A DNA stretch of 63,986 bases, counting the filler, from Fonticula-like sp. SCN 57-25 (taxonomy: Eukaryota): the NCBI GenBank assembly GCA_001724245.1. It is 3 parts of 3 records of this genome, joined end to end, with 100 filler letters (N's around TTAATTAATTAA, not from the genome) between each part and the next. Parts side by side here need not be neighbours in the genome. Positions count along the whole stretch, not along the records: positions 1 to 28,166 come from MEDX01000092.1; 2 more parts are not named here. One strand, 5' to 3'. The notes below the pieces were generated by a model that was not told where the DNA came from, made no database searches, and worked only from the letters and a program-made list of their open reading frames with translations. A program made the translations under genes and the position numbers. Numbering within the stretch: the first letter of the stretch is position 1; every line of letters begins with the position of its first letter. Shown here in pieces: positions 1 through 12,092 of the stretch.

Positions 1-225
1 CCAGTTTGCAGGCGCAGAGACGTCGATAGAGTAGCGAGCTCAAATACGAAGACGAAGTTCAACGAAGAAGAAAGAAGAAGAATAAGTGAGGTTGAAGAGA
101 AGATGCTGATGCCGATGCCGATGCCGATGCTGAAGCTTGACGAAGCTGATGCTGATGCTGATGACGATACTGTTGGTTTGCTACTTTCCATTATAATGCT
201 TGGTAAATATATTTACAGATACTGA
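1..225 (+). CDS. 3' end of a gene cut by the window edge; begins PVCRR (possible end of a RING finger) followed by an acidic low-complexity tail
   Basis: Frame +1 is open from base 1 to TGA at 223-225 (PVCRRRDVDR...EEERRRISEVEEKMLMPMPMPMLKLDEADADADDD...). It converges on the gene ending at 245. The RING idea rests only on PVCR. Confidence 0.3.
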   Translation, partial: PVCRRRDVDRVASSNTKTKFNEEERRRISEVEEKMLMPMPMPMLKLDEADADADDDTVGLLLSIIMLGKYIYRY

Positions 226-244
226 TAAGCCAATTGATATTCCC

Positions 245-1297
245 TTAGAGCTGCAACAGGTCGCCCACCGGCGGCTCGCGCATGTTCCTTGGCGCTGGAA
301 TCGACATTCTGAGACGCTCAATTTCACTTTCGAGCTCGGCGACGCGCGCCTGCGACGCCAACAGGCGGTCCATCTCCGCCTCAAGCTGCACCTGTGTCGC
401 CTGCATGGCCGCCTCGGCCGCCTTGACAGGCTCAAATTCACTGAAAGGAACTGTCAGTAGACCATGAAAATCCAATATAAAAGGAAGGAACAGTCAACAT
501 AAACGAGCAAAATGCCAATATAAACAAGCAAATTATAATATAAATAACACAAATGCGCACGTTAATTTCCTCCATGCTTGACCCGTCGCGTCGTTTTGGA
601 ACCTTTGCCATGCATTAGCAACCACAAAGCCAACTTTCGAGATCGTACAGAGGTTGGAGCCGCGACGAGTGGCGTGCGAGCGCCGCCGGCATTGCCGCCA
701 TGGACGTTCCCTGTGACAAATTCTCCGTCTCCAGCTGCACTCGCTTGTGCAGCCCGCCCGCCTCGGTCGAAAAGGCATAGTCGAGCGACCACGTCGCGCC
801 AGCATCGCGCGGCGACATTGTCAATAGCCCGCATAAAAGCTCGCTCTCCCCGCAGTGCGCCATGAGCGACGAGTGCACCTGGGCGTCGCGCAGAGAGTGC
901 TTGAGCGGCAAGTCGCGCCGGAAGCGGAACCAGCCCACGAGACGCGCGGCGCGATCACCGACGAGGCGGCCGAGCGCGTTGGCATCGACCGTCCCATCTG
1001 GAGCATAGAAAGAGCAGTGGGGCCCGACGACTTCAAAGCTGTCAATAACTAAAAGACACACGTTTAATATACCGAAACAAAGCACAAGAAGAGCAAAAAA
1101 AAAGAGGGATGCATCGGCGTACCTGTCGTCACCGACGCCTCCTCGGTCGCATCGCTCTCGTCGTTTACTACAGAACATGTCGCGCGATCTATACTGCCAA
1201 AGATCAGGCCATCTGCCTCGCTGCCAACCGCAGCAACGTCTGACAGCAGCTGCGCGAGCGCGATGCCGTTGACGCGCGTCGTGCGGCGGATCGACAT
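245..1297 (-). CDS. Abraxas/ABRO1 (FAM175)-family MPN- scaffold of the BRISC/BRCA1-A deubiquitinase complexes
   Basis: Spliced product MSIRR...EADGLIFGSI...(intron 1049-1122)...SFYAPDGTVDANALGRLVGDRAARLVGWFRFRRDLPLKHSLRDAQVH resembles the Abraxas motifs EGFLLG, SFYNSSGEV and VVGWYKFRR. The last exon is a coiled coil (AAEAAMQATQVQLEAEMDRLL...). Confidence 0.75.
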
Positions 1298-1596
1298 TTG
1301 CACTGTGGGAGATGCCCTGCGCAAAGTCGAAATCACAGTCAGCGTTTTGATTTTGACTTTGGACTCTAGCATTGCATCATGGATTGCCATGACAAATTCC
1401 GATAAATGTATGGCCATGCTCTGTCGCACCCACGCCAGACACTAGTATATTACCTGAATTCAGTATTATGAATATGATTTACCATGATATTGATATTAAG
1501 CAGCGCTTGGCCGGCAATACAAAACATCGTGCATGCATCAACGACATCGATACAAAAAACATCGTCGGCATCTGTACAAAGACAAAGACAAAACGC

Positions 1597-3384
1597 CTAA
1601 GCGGCGAGCTTGATAGGCCCATTCCTCCTTCTCCTGATAACGTACCACGCGCCTCCCCAGAATAGCAGCGTCCAGAGCCCCCACGACGAGAGGAAGAGCA
1701 GCGCGGCCTCGAGCCCCCTGACCTCATCATCATACTTTTGCTCCACGCTCTCCGAGATCGCGCCAAAGATGTACGGCGACCACATGTCGCCGAGCAGGTG
1801 GATAAACAGCGTCATAATCGCCATCGAGTGACTAGGGCCACGTGTGAGACAAAATTTATATTATTCTGCTGCGCGCACCCTCGCATGTCCTCTGAGACGC
1901 AGGAGAGGAAAACGGCGTTGACGGGCGTCACCGTGCACAAGATCATAAACTCGGCGCCGAGCATGAGCAGCAGGAACCACACAAGGTCGTCCATAAAGAC
2001 AGAGAGGAACGGCAGCGGGATGGCCATCGCGACAAAGATCACGCCCATCGTGATTCCCAGGCGCGTCGGATCAGCGCCACTAGATGCAAAAGTCAGTCAA
2101 AAGGATAAGAAAAAGAGGCAAAAAGGGGCAAAAAGGAAACATTTGATATCAAAAAGTAACAAAACCGGAAAAAAGCGTACCGGCGCAGCACGATCAAGTC
2201 CATTGTGAATGACGAGCACAGGTTGCCCAAGATGCCGCAGCACGCCGTGATCGCGCCAATGAGAAAATTGGCCTTTGCCACACCCAGCCCATACTTGATA
2301 AACACATAATCGGGCAGCTTTTGGCGCCAATGTTAGCTTCAAATAGCCAATCACAGCGCACGTACCCAGAGCGTCAGCGCGCCGAGCACGAATGTCTGCG
2401 CGCAGTAGCCGAGCGTCATGAGCAGGTAGATGGGGTTCTTGAGCAGGTCCAGCATGATGACGTAGAAGGGCTTGACGCGCACCGTACCGTCCTCGGACGA
2501 CGGGTGCCGGATGTCGGGCAGGTAGTAGCACAAAAAGGCAAAGGGAAGGCCAATCAACGACTCGGTGAGGAAGACCCAGTGCCACGACATGTAGTGGCCA
2601 ATAAGACCCGCGCCTAAGAAAAGAGAAAAATGAGCTCTCTAAAGGTCTAATAAATAGGGCCATGTGGCGTACCCATGTAGCCGAGCGCGTAGCCGATGGG
2701 GAGCATCGAAAAGAAAATGGCGAGCCAGCGCGAGCGCTGGCTGGCGGGCGCGGCATCGTCGATCAGCGCGGGAGAGAGGCAGACGAACGCGGCCTCGCCG
2801 ATGCCGGTGAGCATGCGCATCGTGAGCATAAAGCCAAAGCCGTTCGCGAAGAAGCAGAGGCCGGTCACGGTGCACCACACAAGCATGCCGCCGAGGAGAA
2901 GGCGGCCGGACGGGACATACCGACTCAGCTGCGCCATGAAGGGAGACACAATTGCGTAGCCGGCTTTAAACAGGAAAAAATGTGAGAATTGATAGGAATA
3001 TGGGCGCTAAGCGGCGCCGTACCGATAAAGGCGCTGCCGAGAAGGCCGGCTTCGTCGTTGGAGAGATTCAAATCCTCCTTGATAAAGGAAAGCGATCCGG
3101 CAAACGCGCCGCGATCATAATAGTTAAGCATAGATACAAAGCTCAAAAAGCACAGCAGCGCCACGGGGTGGTGAAAGTGCCGCCGCACAATGTCCTTGTT
3201 TGCTCGCTCATCCAGCGCGCGGGACGCAGCGACGGCTACCATTTCCATACAAGGGTCAGATCAACGACATCGCGACCATCATCAACTTCGTACCGGAATC
3301 AACGCCGAGAAGCGGCTCATCATCAGACTCGAGGATCTCGTCGTCCTCTACTAACCTATCCTCCACGTCTACTCGAGACGGCAT
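1597..3384 (-). CDS. Spinster-like MFS transporter (lysosomal/vacuolar type)
   Basis: Motifs LNYYDRG, RMLTGIGEA, PALIDD, AIFFSMLPIGYALGY and IHLLGDMWSPYIFGAISE across exons joined by canonical introns. The N-terminal exon (ATG 3384, intron 3236-3293) carries the acidic dileucine motif DDEPLL. Confidence 0.85.
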
Positions 3385-3645
3385 CGTGAGAGAACCGCTG
3401 GCGCGGTTAATCGATAAGTGGTCGGCCGAGGGCAATAATCCACGTCATGCACAAGGCAGCAGACCACAAACATCGAGTGACGAAACAGTTTGCAGTTTGC
3501 ACATTTCAATCGTCACCGGTTCCGAGGAGCACTAGGTGGCGTTTGGCATCGTCGACAGGCCGTACGCCGCAGGAAACGCCCCTTTTATGCGCATGCTGAC
3601 TTTTGTGTCTTTGTAGGTACCGAGTTGACACTTTGAATTTGAAAG

Positions 3646-4003
3646 ATGGGTTGGACCGAGTCGCTGCCGCAGGAAGTCCAGGACTTTATGGATGCTGTGC
3701 TCGTCGACTTTGCTAGCCGCCCCAGTGCGTACTTTATCGGTATGCTGGCGTTTTTGCTGCCGCTGTCCCTGCTTGGTGCCCTCCTGTCGCATCTGCTTAT
3801 CAAGGAAATTGACAAGACCAACAAGCGGAAAGGTACGCTTGTTTGTTGTTGGTGGGAATTGTCTAATATGTTGCCGTGTAGCCGTCGCCGCTGCTCGGAT
3901 CGAGAACAAGCGGGAAGTTGCGGCCGGCAGCAGCGCATCCTCATCAGCGTCCTCCAGCCCGGCAGCCGACGTGAAAAAGCGAAAGCCAGCCAAGGCGCAC
4001 TGA
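3646..4003 (+). CDS. Small single-pass membrane protein, SMIM15/UPF0542-like
   Basis: Two exons (intron 3833-3881): ...DFASRPSAYFIGMLAFLLPLSLLGALLSHLLIKEIDKTNKRKAVAAARIENKR...KKRKPAKAH. The TM helix plus basic coiled tail resembles SMIM15. Confidence 0.6.
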
Positions 4004-4334
4004 GCGGCCTTTTGGGATGCATGGATAGTATAATCCCGCGTTCGACGTGTACAATAGAGAATGGACAATTTATGCCACAATCGTATTGAGCAGGGCATAC
4101 TCAAAATGTGAAGCTAAATGTGCAGTGTTGAAAGCGGCTTTTGTTTTACCTATGTAATGGCACATAGCGCACGCCGAACATTTTCATCTTTGAACCTGTC
4201 AAAGAGCCTCTAGTGACTATTTGAAATCCCATACCCACGAACCAATGACCAGAAATAACAACTAGAAGCTTGAATAGGTGTGTACAAAGAAGTTATCGCA
4301 AGATGCAATATGCACCACAGCAACAAACAACTGC

Positions 4335-4923
4335 TTACTCGCGCTCCTGGCTGCGCACGCGAGCATGCGGGTTGGTGACCTTGACATCGAGCTCGGTGGC
4401 GCGCTTGATGATGGCAATGCGCTTCTGCGACGAGACGTTGTGGGCGATCTCGGCAGCGTAAGTGCGGTTGTGCATCAAAAGAACCTCGACATCCTTGACA
4501 TTGTTGACAAGGTAGGTCTTGAAGCCATCGGGGCGCATGTTGCGGGTCTTGGCATCCGAGCCGTAGCCGATCTTCGGCGACGGGGCGGTGCCACCGAAAC
4601 GCCGCCGCTGCGGGTTGTCGATACCGCGGGGCTTGCGCCACGTATCAGTCTGTTCGAGAAATGCAAGGTGAGCACACGGGCCATGCGATTGATCCACAAC
4701 GACAATCATAGATTCATCAACAATAAATCACAAGCAAACGGCTCCGATCGACGCCAAAGGGGCTCATTAGCAAAGGAGATTATTGGACTAGACGAACACG
4801 CCAAGAAACGACAATGAAGGTGTAACGTACGGTCGCAAGGCGCTTGTACTGGTGCGCCTTGAAGCGGATGAAGCGCGCGGTGCGCTTCTTGACAATGTTC
4901 TTGTGCGGCAGCGAGGAGGCCAT
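4335..4923 (-). CDS. RPL32: 60S ribosomal protein eL32
   Basis: [12 protein letters not shown]...WRKPRGIDN...PKIGYGS...[13 protein letters not shown]. Coding intron 4650-4830; additional 5'UTR intron 4927-5173. Confidence 0.97.
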
Positions 4924-5540
4924 TGTCTGTAAGGACACGGAATCCGATGTTAGACACGAGGATACGTCGGATGCGCCAAAATACAGCCCCACGACACGCG
5001 GATGGGCCTCCACAGCAGCACGGATGATCGGATGTTACCGGCCAACCATCCGCGGCCCATCCAACCATTCAGACCACGCCGTCCAGCGCATCCGATGCGC
5101 CAGCTCGAGCCAAACGCCACAGATACATCCGAATGCAGCACGGCTGCCTTCCCCAAGGTCCAGGAACACGTACCGCAATCACTACTCCGGGCGAGGATGC
5201 GCGTCCGGGGTGCGATGAGAAAGAGGCCGTACACAGAGCACACTGTGCAGCCCAAAACTCCAATCCAGATTGCAGTCCGGGGCGGAATCAACCCCGGACT
5301 CACCCCAGACTCTGACTTATGTGACGTAATCACGCCACGGGTTTGACAATTTCGCGTTGCCCGCCATGCACTCGTCACGGCAACGTCGTAAGCTTCAGAG
5401 CCAACAGGACAAGGCGTACGCATTGGAGCATGCCGCCGCACCCGTATGCGCTCGATGGCCATTTACGTCTGTATTAACGTACTTCAATTTTGCAGCCGTT
5501 TCCTCTCAAGGAGCACCGCGATTTTCTGCTTACACTTCAA

Positions 5541-6405
5541 ATGGACCCAACCGCCCCTGATGCCGCCCGCGTACCACCTCGCCTAATCGGTACGCGCTGC
5601 CTTTGCTTGCCTGATGCGGACCGCTCATTATGTGAGGAAAGAATTCACCGCTGCTTTTTTGGCTGTTCTCCTTAGCGATCAGCCCATGTCGCCCGAGGCG
5701 CTCATTTCCGAATCGTCGACGCCCATGTGTGACATGCGCCTGCACTTTATCCGCCGCCTTGTCAAGCGGACCCAAATTTCATGTAGCAGTTTTATTGTTG
5801 GTCTTATGTATTTAGTACGGCTAAAAGAGCGGCAGCAGTCTGTGGCGCTTCCGTATGATCCGCTGCGGCCCGGCTGCGCCGAGGCGACCGTAGCGTTCAT
5901 GATGGCCGACAAGTATTTATACGACACCCCTCTTACAAACGCCGCGTGGGCAGAGTCGTGCGGTCTCCCACTCAAGGACGTAAATCATATGGAGGCGAGC
6001 TACCTTTCCCGCCTTGACTTTTCGCTATTTTTCACAGAAAAGGACTATGCAGCCTTTTTCTCGTTCCTCGAGTTGAGTATCTGCATGCAGGAGACATCGC
6101 GGCAGTTCCCCATCACGTATCGCGACATGTGCATTCTGACGCAGGACACACCTGCGTCGCTTGCCGGCCTCGTCAATATCACGCTACGGCCGATCCAGGC
6201 GTTCCTTCTCTTGTTCAAGATGAGCCTCGCTGGCGGCATCGCCTACGTGCTCTCCGTGTCCACCCTGTACTGGGGGTTCAGGGTCGTGTTCATGCTGCAG
6301 CAGGCCATTCTCGAGGCGTTCTTTGGCATCACCAGCTCAGTATCGCCGACGCTTCAGCTGCCACCTGCGGTTAGCCTATTATGTCAAACACCTTATTGTC
6401 TGTAA
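5541..6405 (+). CDS. Pho80-like cyclin-box protein with C-terminal hydrophobic segment (CNPPD1-like)
   Basis: ISCSSFIVGLMYLVRL...MMADKYLYD...NAAWA...VNHMEASYLSRLDFSL...ITYRDMCIL followed by a TM-like stretch. Short first exon; intron 5590-5641. Confidence 0.7.
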
Positions 6406-6456
6406 ATACACTTTGTCTTTAGTCACAATCAATCGAAACACGTAATCACCACCACC

Positions 6457-7193
6457 ATGGACAATCTCGAACTGATCCGCACGGCGGATTTCGCTGCTCG
6501 CAAGCATTCGACCCAGCGTCGGAAGGACACTGAGCAGACGCCCTACATCAACCACCCTATCGGCGTTGCCACCATCATCGCGGTCGAAGGCCATGTCCAC
6601 GAAACCGCCATCCTGCAGGCCGCCATGTTGCACGACACTGGTACGAATCAACGATTGTGGCTCCATGCGGATGCTTACGTCGCGCACGCCAGTTGAGGAC
6701 ACGGAGACGACCTTTGACGAGCTGAAGAAAGAGTTTGGGGAACATGTCACGTACGGCCCGTGTGCCCATCTTTACATCTTTTTGCTGACCCCTGCGCGGA
6801 TTTCCAGCGGCATCGTAGCAGAAGTAACCGACGACAAGTCGCTGCCGTCGGCCGACCGCAAGCGTCTCCAGGTTGAGCACACGCCGCACATTTCCCGCGA
6901 GGCCAAGATCGTAAAGATGGCCGACAAGATCTACAACTTGCGCGATCTCGAGCGCAGCCGCCCCGTCGGCTGGTACGCTTCGATCCCCATCGAGATCTGT
7001 CAACTGATGCATGTTCTATAGGACCGACACTCGCGTGACAGAGTACTTTGCCTGGGCCAAGCGCGTCACGGACGGTACGATCATGCTTTGCGATGGGTCC
7101 ATGTACTGATGCTGGGTGCCAGGGGCCAAGGGCGTGTGCGCTCCCCTCGAGGCGGTGCTCGAGGACATTTACCGCCGGAACAACGTCGTATGA
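6457..7193 (+). CDS. HDDC3: MESH1/HDDC3-type HD-domain (p)ppGpp hydrolase / NADPH phosphatase
   Basis: ADFAARKHSTQRRKD, TPYINHPIGVA, AAMLHDTVEDT, VAEVTDDKSL, VKMADKIYNLRDL, EYFAWAKRV; five exons with canonical introns. Confidence 0.92.
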
Positions 7194-7314
7194 GCCCAAA
7201 TACGGGCCAAAAAGCAACAAAATGAATGTAATATCAAGCACTATTGTCGAATGACTATTGTCGAATGTATATTTACAGCAACTGAGGACCGGGCCAAATG
7301 GCGCGTGATCCGCC

Positions 7315-8006
7315 TTAATCCTTGTACACAATGCGCGGGAGCCAATCCTCCTCCGCCACCACATTTGCCCACGCGGGAATTGCCTCGCTCGGGAGCGTCA
7401 TGGACGCCATGATGCTGCGCACGAGATCGACGCTATCGACCGGCATCTCGGCGTCGGCGCGCTTGACGGCAAATGTCGGCGCGCGCGACTGCGGAGGCAG
7501 CTTCTCATACGTCATCTAGCCAACATGAGCACAATACAAAGAGAAAACGTATACGCACCCTTTCAGCTTGCCTCTCTGGTAACGAGTCTGAGCTGCCCTG
7601 CGCGCTGCTGCTGCTGCTACTTGTCTCGCCTACATGGTGGTATTCGTTCACGTCATCCCCGTCATCGTCCTCCATGTGCAGCGGGACGTAATAGTCGCCC
7701 GCGCTCGGCCGGTCGGCTTCGCCGTCCGAGTCATCATCGTCGCTGGAAAAGCCGTCAAACACGTTGCTTCCGGTCATGGCTGCGGGCGCATCGTCAGTAT
7801 TGAATCGGCCTCTGCCATGGGGCGATCGCACATGCGTCCATGAGTTCGAATGTCATCTCGAGATGCGCATACTTGCGGTCAATCCTATCCTGCTCGTCCT
7901 CCTCGACCTCTTCCTCTGCCGGTGTGTCCACGGCGACCTGCTCCACGTGCACCCACGAGGGGCTCTCGTCCGACGCGCTCCCGACTACCTTGTCCTCGTC
8001 ACTCAT
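7315..8006 (-). CDS. Male-enhanced antigen 1 (MEA1)-like acidic protein
   Basis: Acidic N-terminus, a GDYYVPL motif and C-terminal MPVDSVDLVRSIMASMTLPSEAIPAWANVVAEEDW, which resembles the MEA1 C-terminal motif; three exons. Confidence 0.7.
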
Positions 8007-8151
8007 ATTGTGGCCACGTGGATTGTGTGTTGTGTTGTCGATTTCAGATTTGCTGGCGTCAGCTTTGGTCGCGCCTGCGTCGCATCATATAAACGTTCCG
8101 CCACGCGGTCTTTGGCAGTCGGTGGCCAAGCGTAGAGAGGTAGCGGCAGCC

Positions 8152-9180
8152 ATGCAGTACAACATGCGGAATCCCGGTACGCGCCCTCTTTCCGGCTGCC
8201 CCGCCGTCTGCATGCTGACAGCATTCCGCAGCGGTCAAGCGCATCCTGCAAGAGGCCAAGGAGCTGCAGGATGACCCGCAGGACGACTTTGTGGCGTGCC
8301 CGCTAGAGGACGATATATTCGAGTGGCACTTTACGCTTCGCGGTCCGCCCGACACCGAGTTTGAGGGCGGCCAGTACCACGGGCGCATCCTCCTCGAACC
8401 CGAGTACCCGATGAAGCCGCCGAGCATCATCATGCTCACGGTGCGCACTCGCACTTTTTCTCGCGCGTCTTGGCACTGACCCGCCTTGACAGCCAAGCGG
8501 CCGTTTCCAGGTGCACCAAAAGATTTGTTTGAGCGTCACAGGGTATCATCCCGAATTCTGGCGGCCGGCATGGGGCAGTACGTTCATCCCGCGGATGCTG
8601 ATGACGATGCTCACGTCGGATCGCAGTTAGGACAGTGTGCATGGCACTTTTGAGCATTTTTCCCGCCGCTGGCGACGGCGCCATTGGAGCGCTGGACGCT
8701 TCCAAGGAGGATCGCCGCGTCGATGCGCGCCGCAGCCGCGACTTTGTCTGCCCGCAGTGCGAAGGCAACGAGCTCATGGTGCTCCCGACCGCGCCGCGGC
8801 ACGCGGGCGCCCCCAAGACCGCCGACCTTGACGGCTTCCAGCTCAGTTTTGCGTACGAAAAGAAGCCGGCGGTTGCTACAGAGGCGTCGGCCAGCACGGA
8901 CGCTGTCGCAGGGTCGGCGTCGGCGAGCACGGCGCCGCAGCTCGACAGCTCGAGCATAGCCGACCTTGACGCCGTCCCCAGCCAAGACGGCGACGATATT
9001 AGTAAAAGTGTTCCAGCAGAGGTGCCCGCCGCACCGGCGACACCGCCGCAGGCCGCCGTGGCAGCGACGCCAAGGAGGCGGCAGCCCAAGCCGCAGCAGG
9101 CGTCGAGCTGGACCGAAATTTTTGTCGTGTCGGCGCTCTTTTTCTTTTTTGCATTCCTCCTTTCCAAGGTGGCAAAGTAG
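8152..9180 (+). CDS. UBE2J1: ER tail-anchored ubiquitin-conjugating enzyme, UBE2J1 type
   Basis: YNMRNPAVKRILQEAKEL, PLEDDIFEWHFTLRGPPDTEFEGGQYHGRI, catalytic KICLS, GAIGALD, CPQC and a C-terminal TM helix. Confidence 0.88.
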
Positions 9181-9271
9181 CACTTTGGCAAGGTGGCACA
9201 TTTCTGTCTATATGTTAATTTGAATATATATTATGTAAACTGGAACTTGTTTTGGGTCCTCTACAACACCA

Positions 9272-10875
9272 TTACTTGGAGAGAAGCTTGTGCTTGGCGA
9301 CAAAGAAGCCAGCGGCGGCGACGCCCGCCAGCACGGTCGTACCGAGCGCACCAAGACCCCAATTGATGATGCGCAGTTGCCTATCAAAATATGTTAAAAA
9401 AGTTACTTTTTCCCTCTTTTTTTCGCACCTGTTCCACTTGGGCATCACCTGCGAGTACGGGATGCGCGTGAACGCGACCATCGAGTAGAGCGGGATGAAC
9501 CTTGACGGCGCGAGGTGGTGCAGGAAAGCAGCCGCCGAGCGCTGCACGTGGTACCACGGCGAGACGACCTTTGAGCGCATCTCGATGTAGTTTGCCACGG
9601 CGAGGTCGCAGATGGCCTCGGCGTCGGGGTTGCGCTCGCGGCTGAACGTCTCGAGCGCCTGTTCCATGTCGCCGCCATAGCGAGCAATGAGCTCGTCAAG
9701 CACGATGCAGTCCTCAAAGCCGGCATTCATGCCCTGGCCGTAGAACGGAACCATGGCGTGAGCGGCATCGCCGAGAATCACGGCATTGCCCTTGTAGTGG
9801 TACGGCGTGCACTGAAGCAATGTGGTTAGAAGGGAGGAAATGGAGAGGGCGAAAAAAGAGATAAACATGGTTTATATCCCACTTCTGTCAAAAAAAAAAC
9901 ACAGAAACGCACCTTGACGCTCATGAGCTGACCCGTCGGGTTCTTAAAGTAGTCGCGGAGCAAGTTGTCCTCGCCGATGAGCTTGAGGGCGTCGGGAAAG
10001 TTCTCGACGAAAAACGCCTTGACCTGCTCCTGCGTCTGCAGAGCGTCAAACTGCTCGTACGGCATGAAGAGCGTGCAGGTGAACGTGCGGTCCTGGTTGG
10101 GAAGCGCAATCATCATGAACGCCTGGCGAGGCCAGATGTGAAGGTGCTGGTGCGACATTTGGTACTCGCCAGACTCGGTCGGGTAGATCGTCAGCTCCTT
10201 GTAGCCGTGGCCAATGTACTCTTGGCGGTAGTTCATGCTAAGAAAGGCCGTCAGTGCAGATTCAAAAAGATGAAAAAAACGCACCGAACCTTCTTCATGA
10301 GCGACTTGCGCACGGCAGAGAACGCGCCATCAGTGCCAACAATGATGTCGGCCTTGACCGTGATCTGCGTGTGGTCGGGGCGAAGGAACACGAGCTTCTT
10401 CTCGTCGAGGTCCGCGTTCACAAGCTGGTGGCTAAAGTAGAGCTTGACGCTGTCCGACGCTTCCTCGACCGCGTTGAGGAGCGCCTCGTTGAGCTTGCGG
10501 CGATCGACAGAGAGAATCGCCTCATTGTGGAGGCCGTAGGGCTGCGCATGCTGCGCGCCATCAAGCATGTGGATCATGCGGCCGTACATGGGGAGACCCT
10601 CGCTAACAACAATGTCGTCAAGGCCGACGCGGTGAAGCGCAGCAATGCCGCGCGTCGAAAGCGCCAAGTTGATGCTCCGGCCCTCGTACATGGCGTCCGC
10701 GCGGACATCTGCAGTAAGACGGCTTGGTTAACCCCAAGTGTAAAAATAAAACGAAAGGCGTACCCGTGCGCTTTTCGTAAATATCCACCTGGTAGCCAAG
10801 CTTGGCAAAGTACACCGCAGCGAGCGAGCCGACAAGGCCGCCGCCAACAATCGCCGCCGTCTTGCGCTCCGACAT
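9272..10875 (-). CDS. KMO: Kynurenine 3-monooxygenase
   Basis: FAD-binding [67 protein letters not shown] and a C-terminal membrane anchor. Confidence 0.95.
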
Positions 10876-10966
10876 GCCGGGCAGGTGCGCGTCAAGGCAC
10901 GGTCAATCACGGATGGCCACGTGGTTAGCCCGCAGTTTGCGTCAACCGCCCGGTCAGCGTCTCTGC

Positions 10967-12092
10967 ATGGAGATTGACGGCATGAGCGACGACGAAGCAG
11001 CTTCCTCTCCCGACTCTGCCACGGTCGCTGGCAGCGAGCGCGCCGGTTCCACCGGATTTTCTTCACCCTACAAGTGCGTGCACCATAAAGCCGAGATGCC
11101 CATCTGACATGTTTGCAGGTTTGGTCAAACGTCGACGCTGACGGGATCGCTGCCCCAGTCCCCGCCGCTAGGTGCGCATCGCCGCAGCTCTTACCGATCG
11201 CGCCGCTCACTCTGGCCGCTTTCAGGGACGTTCAAGTTTAATGCCGGCACGACTCCGCCGCCTTCGCAGGCGCGCGCCACTGCGACAGTCCGCAAGCGGG
11301 CTCGTCCCGAGCCGAGCTCGGAGCAACTGAATTATGATGCAGCGCTGGCCGCCAGCACGTCTCAGCTGCAGCTCGCGCACTCCTACTCGCAGGGCCTCGA
11401 ATGGAAGCAGCACGCGCCTGGCTGGGCCATGGGGCCGCCTCCGCACGCGCCTTGGGGCGAGCGGCCAGAGCGATCCCGCGTCTACGAGCTCACTAGCTGG
11501 ATGCAGCTCATCTTTAACTTTGTCTGCGCGCTGATCGCCCTCTACGCCATCGTCTCCTTTTCCTGGGCAATTCAGCGCGACGTCGACAGCCGCTATGGCC
11601 AAAAGTCGCTTCGTACGTATTTTTTTGTTCAGTAATATCGCTGACAGCGCACTAGACGCTGGCTTTGATGTCGTGGCGTGCGAGCGCGAGTACACGAGCA
11701 ACCACTGCGATGCGCCCATTCCCGGCGTGATCAAGCTGTGTGCCGACCTGACGCGCTGCCTGAACCGCGACACGACCGAGGTCGGCCGCGCCACCGTGTA
11801 CGTCGAGGTCCTGGCGGGCGTCATCAACAGCTTTATCGAGCCGTTCTCCACGTGGACCGTCATCGTCATCGCGACCATGGTGCTCCTCGCCGTCGTCCTG
11901 CCCAACCTCGCCTTTTCGTCAGTGAGGAGCAAGTTTGCCCCAAACTCGCACCGCGAGCAGCACCAGCAGCACCAGCAGCCCTACTACGCAATGTACCCGC
12001 CGCAGCAGCCGTACTACTCGCCGCCGCTCACGCCGACGTACCAGCAGCAGCCCATGCTCATGATGCGCTACCCGTCCGACGGGCGGCTCTAG
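10967..12092 (+). CDS. Brl1/Brr6-family nuclear envelope protein
   Basis: Two TM segments flank a four-cysteine lumenal domain (WMQLIFNFV...AIQRDVD...ACEREYTSNHCDAPIPGVIKLCADLTRCLNRD...VGRA...EVLAGVINSFIEPFS). An alternative in-frame ATG lies at 10913. Confidence 0.88.

Noticed and set aside
4650..4830. 181-nt RPL32 coding intron as a snoRNA host
   Set aside because: TGATGA is present but there is no downstream CTGA, and no H/ACA arrangement is visible.
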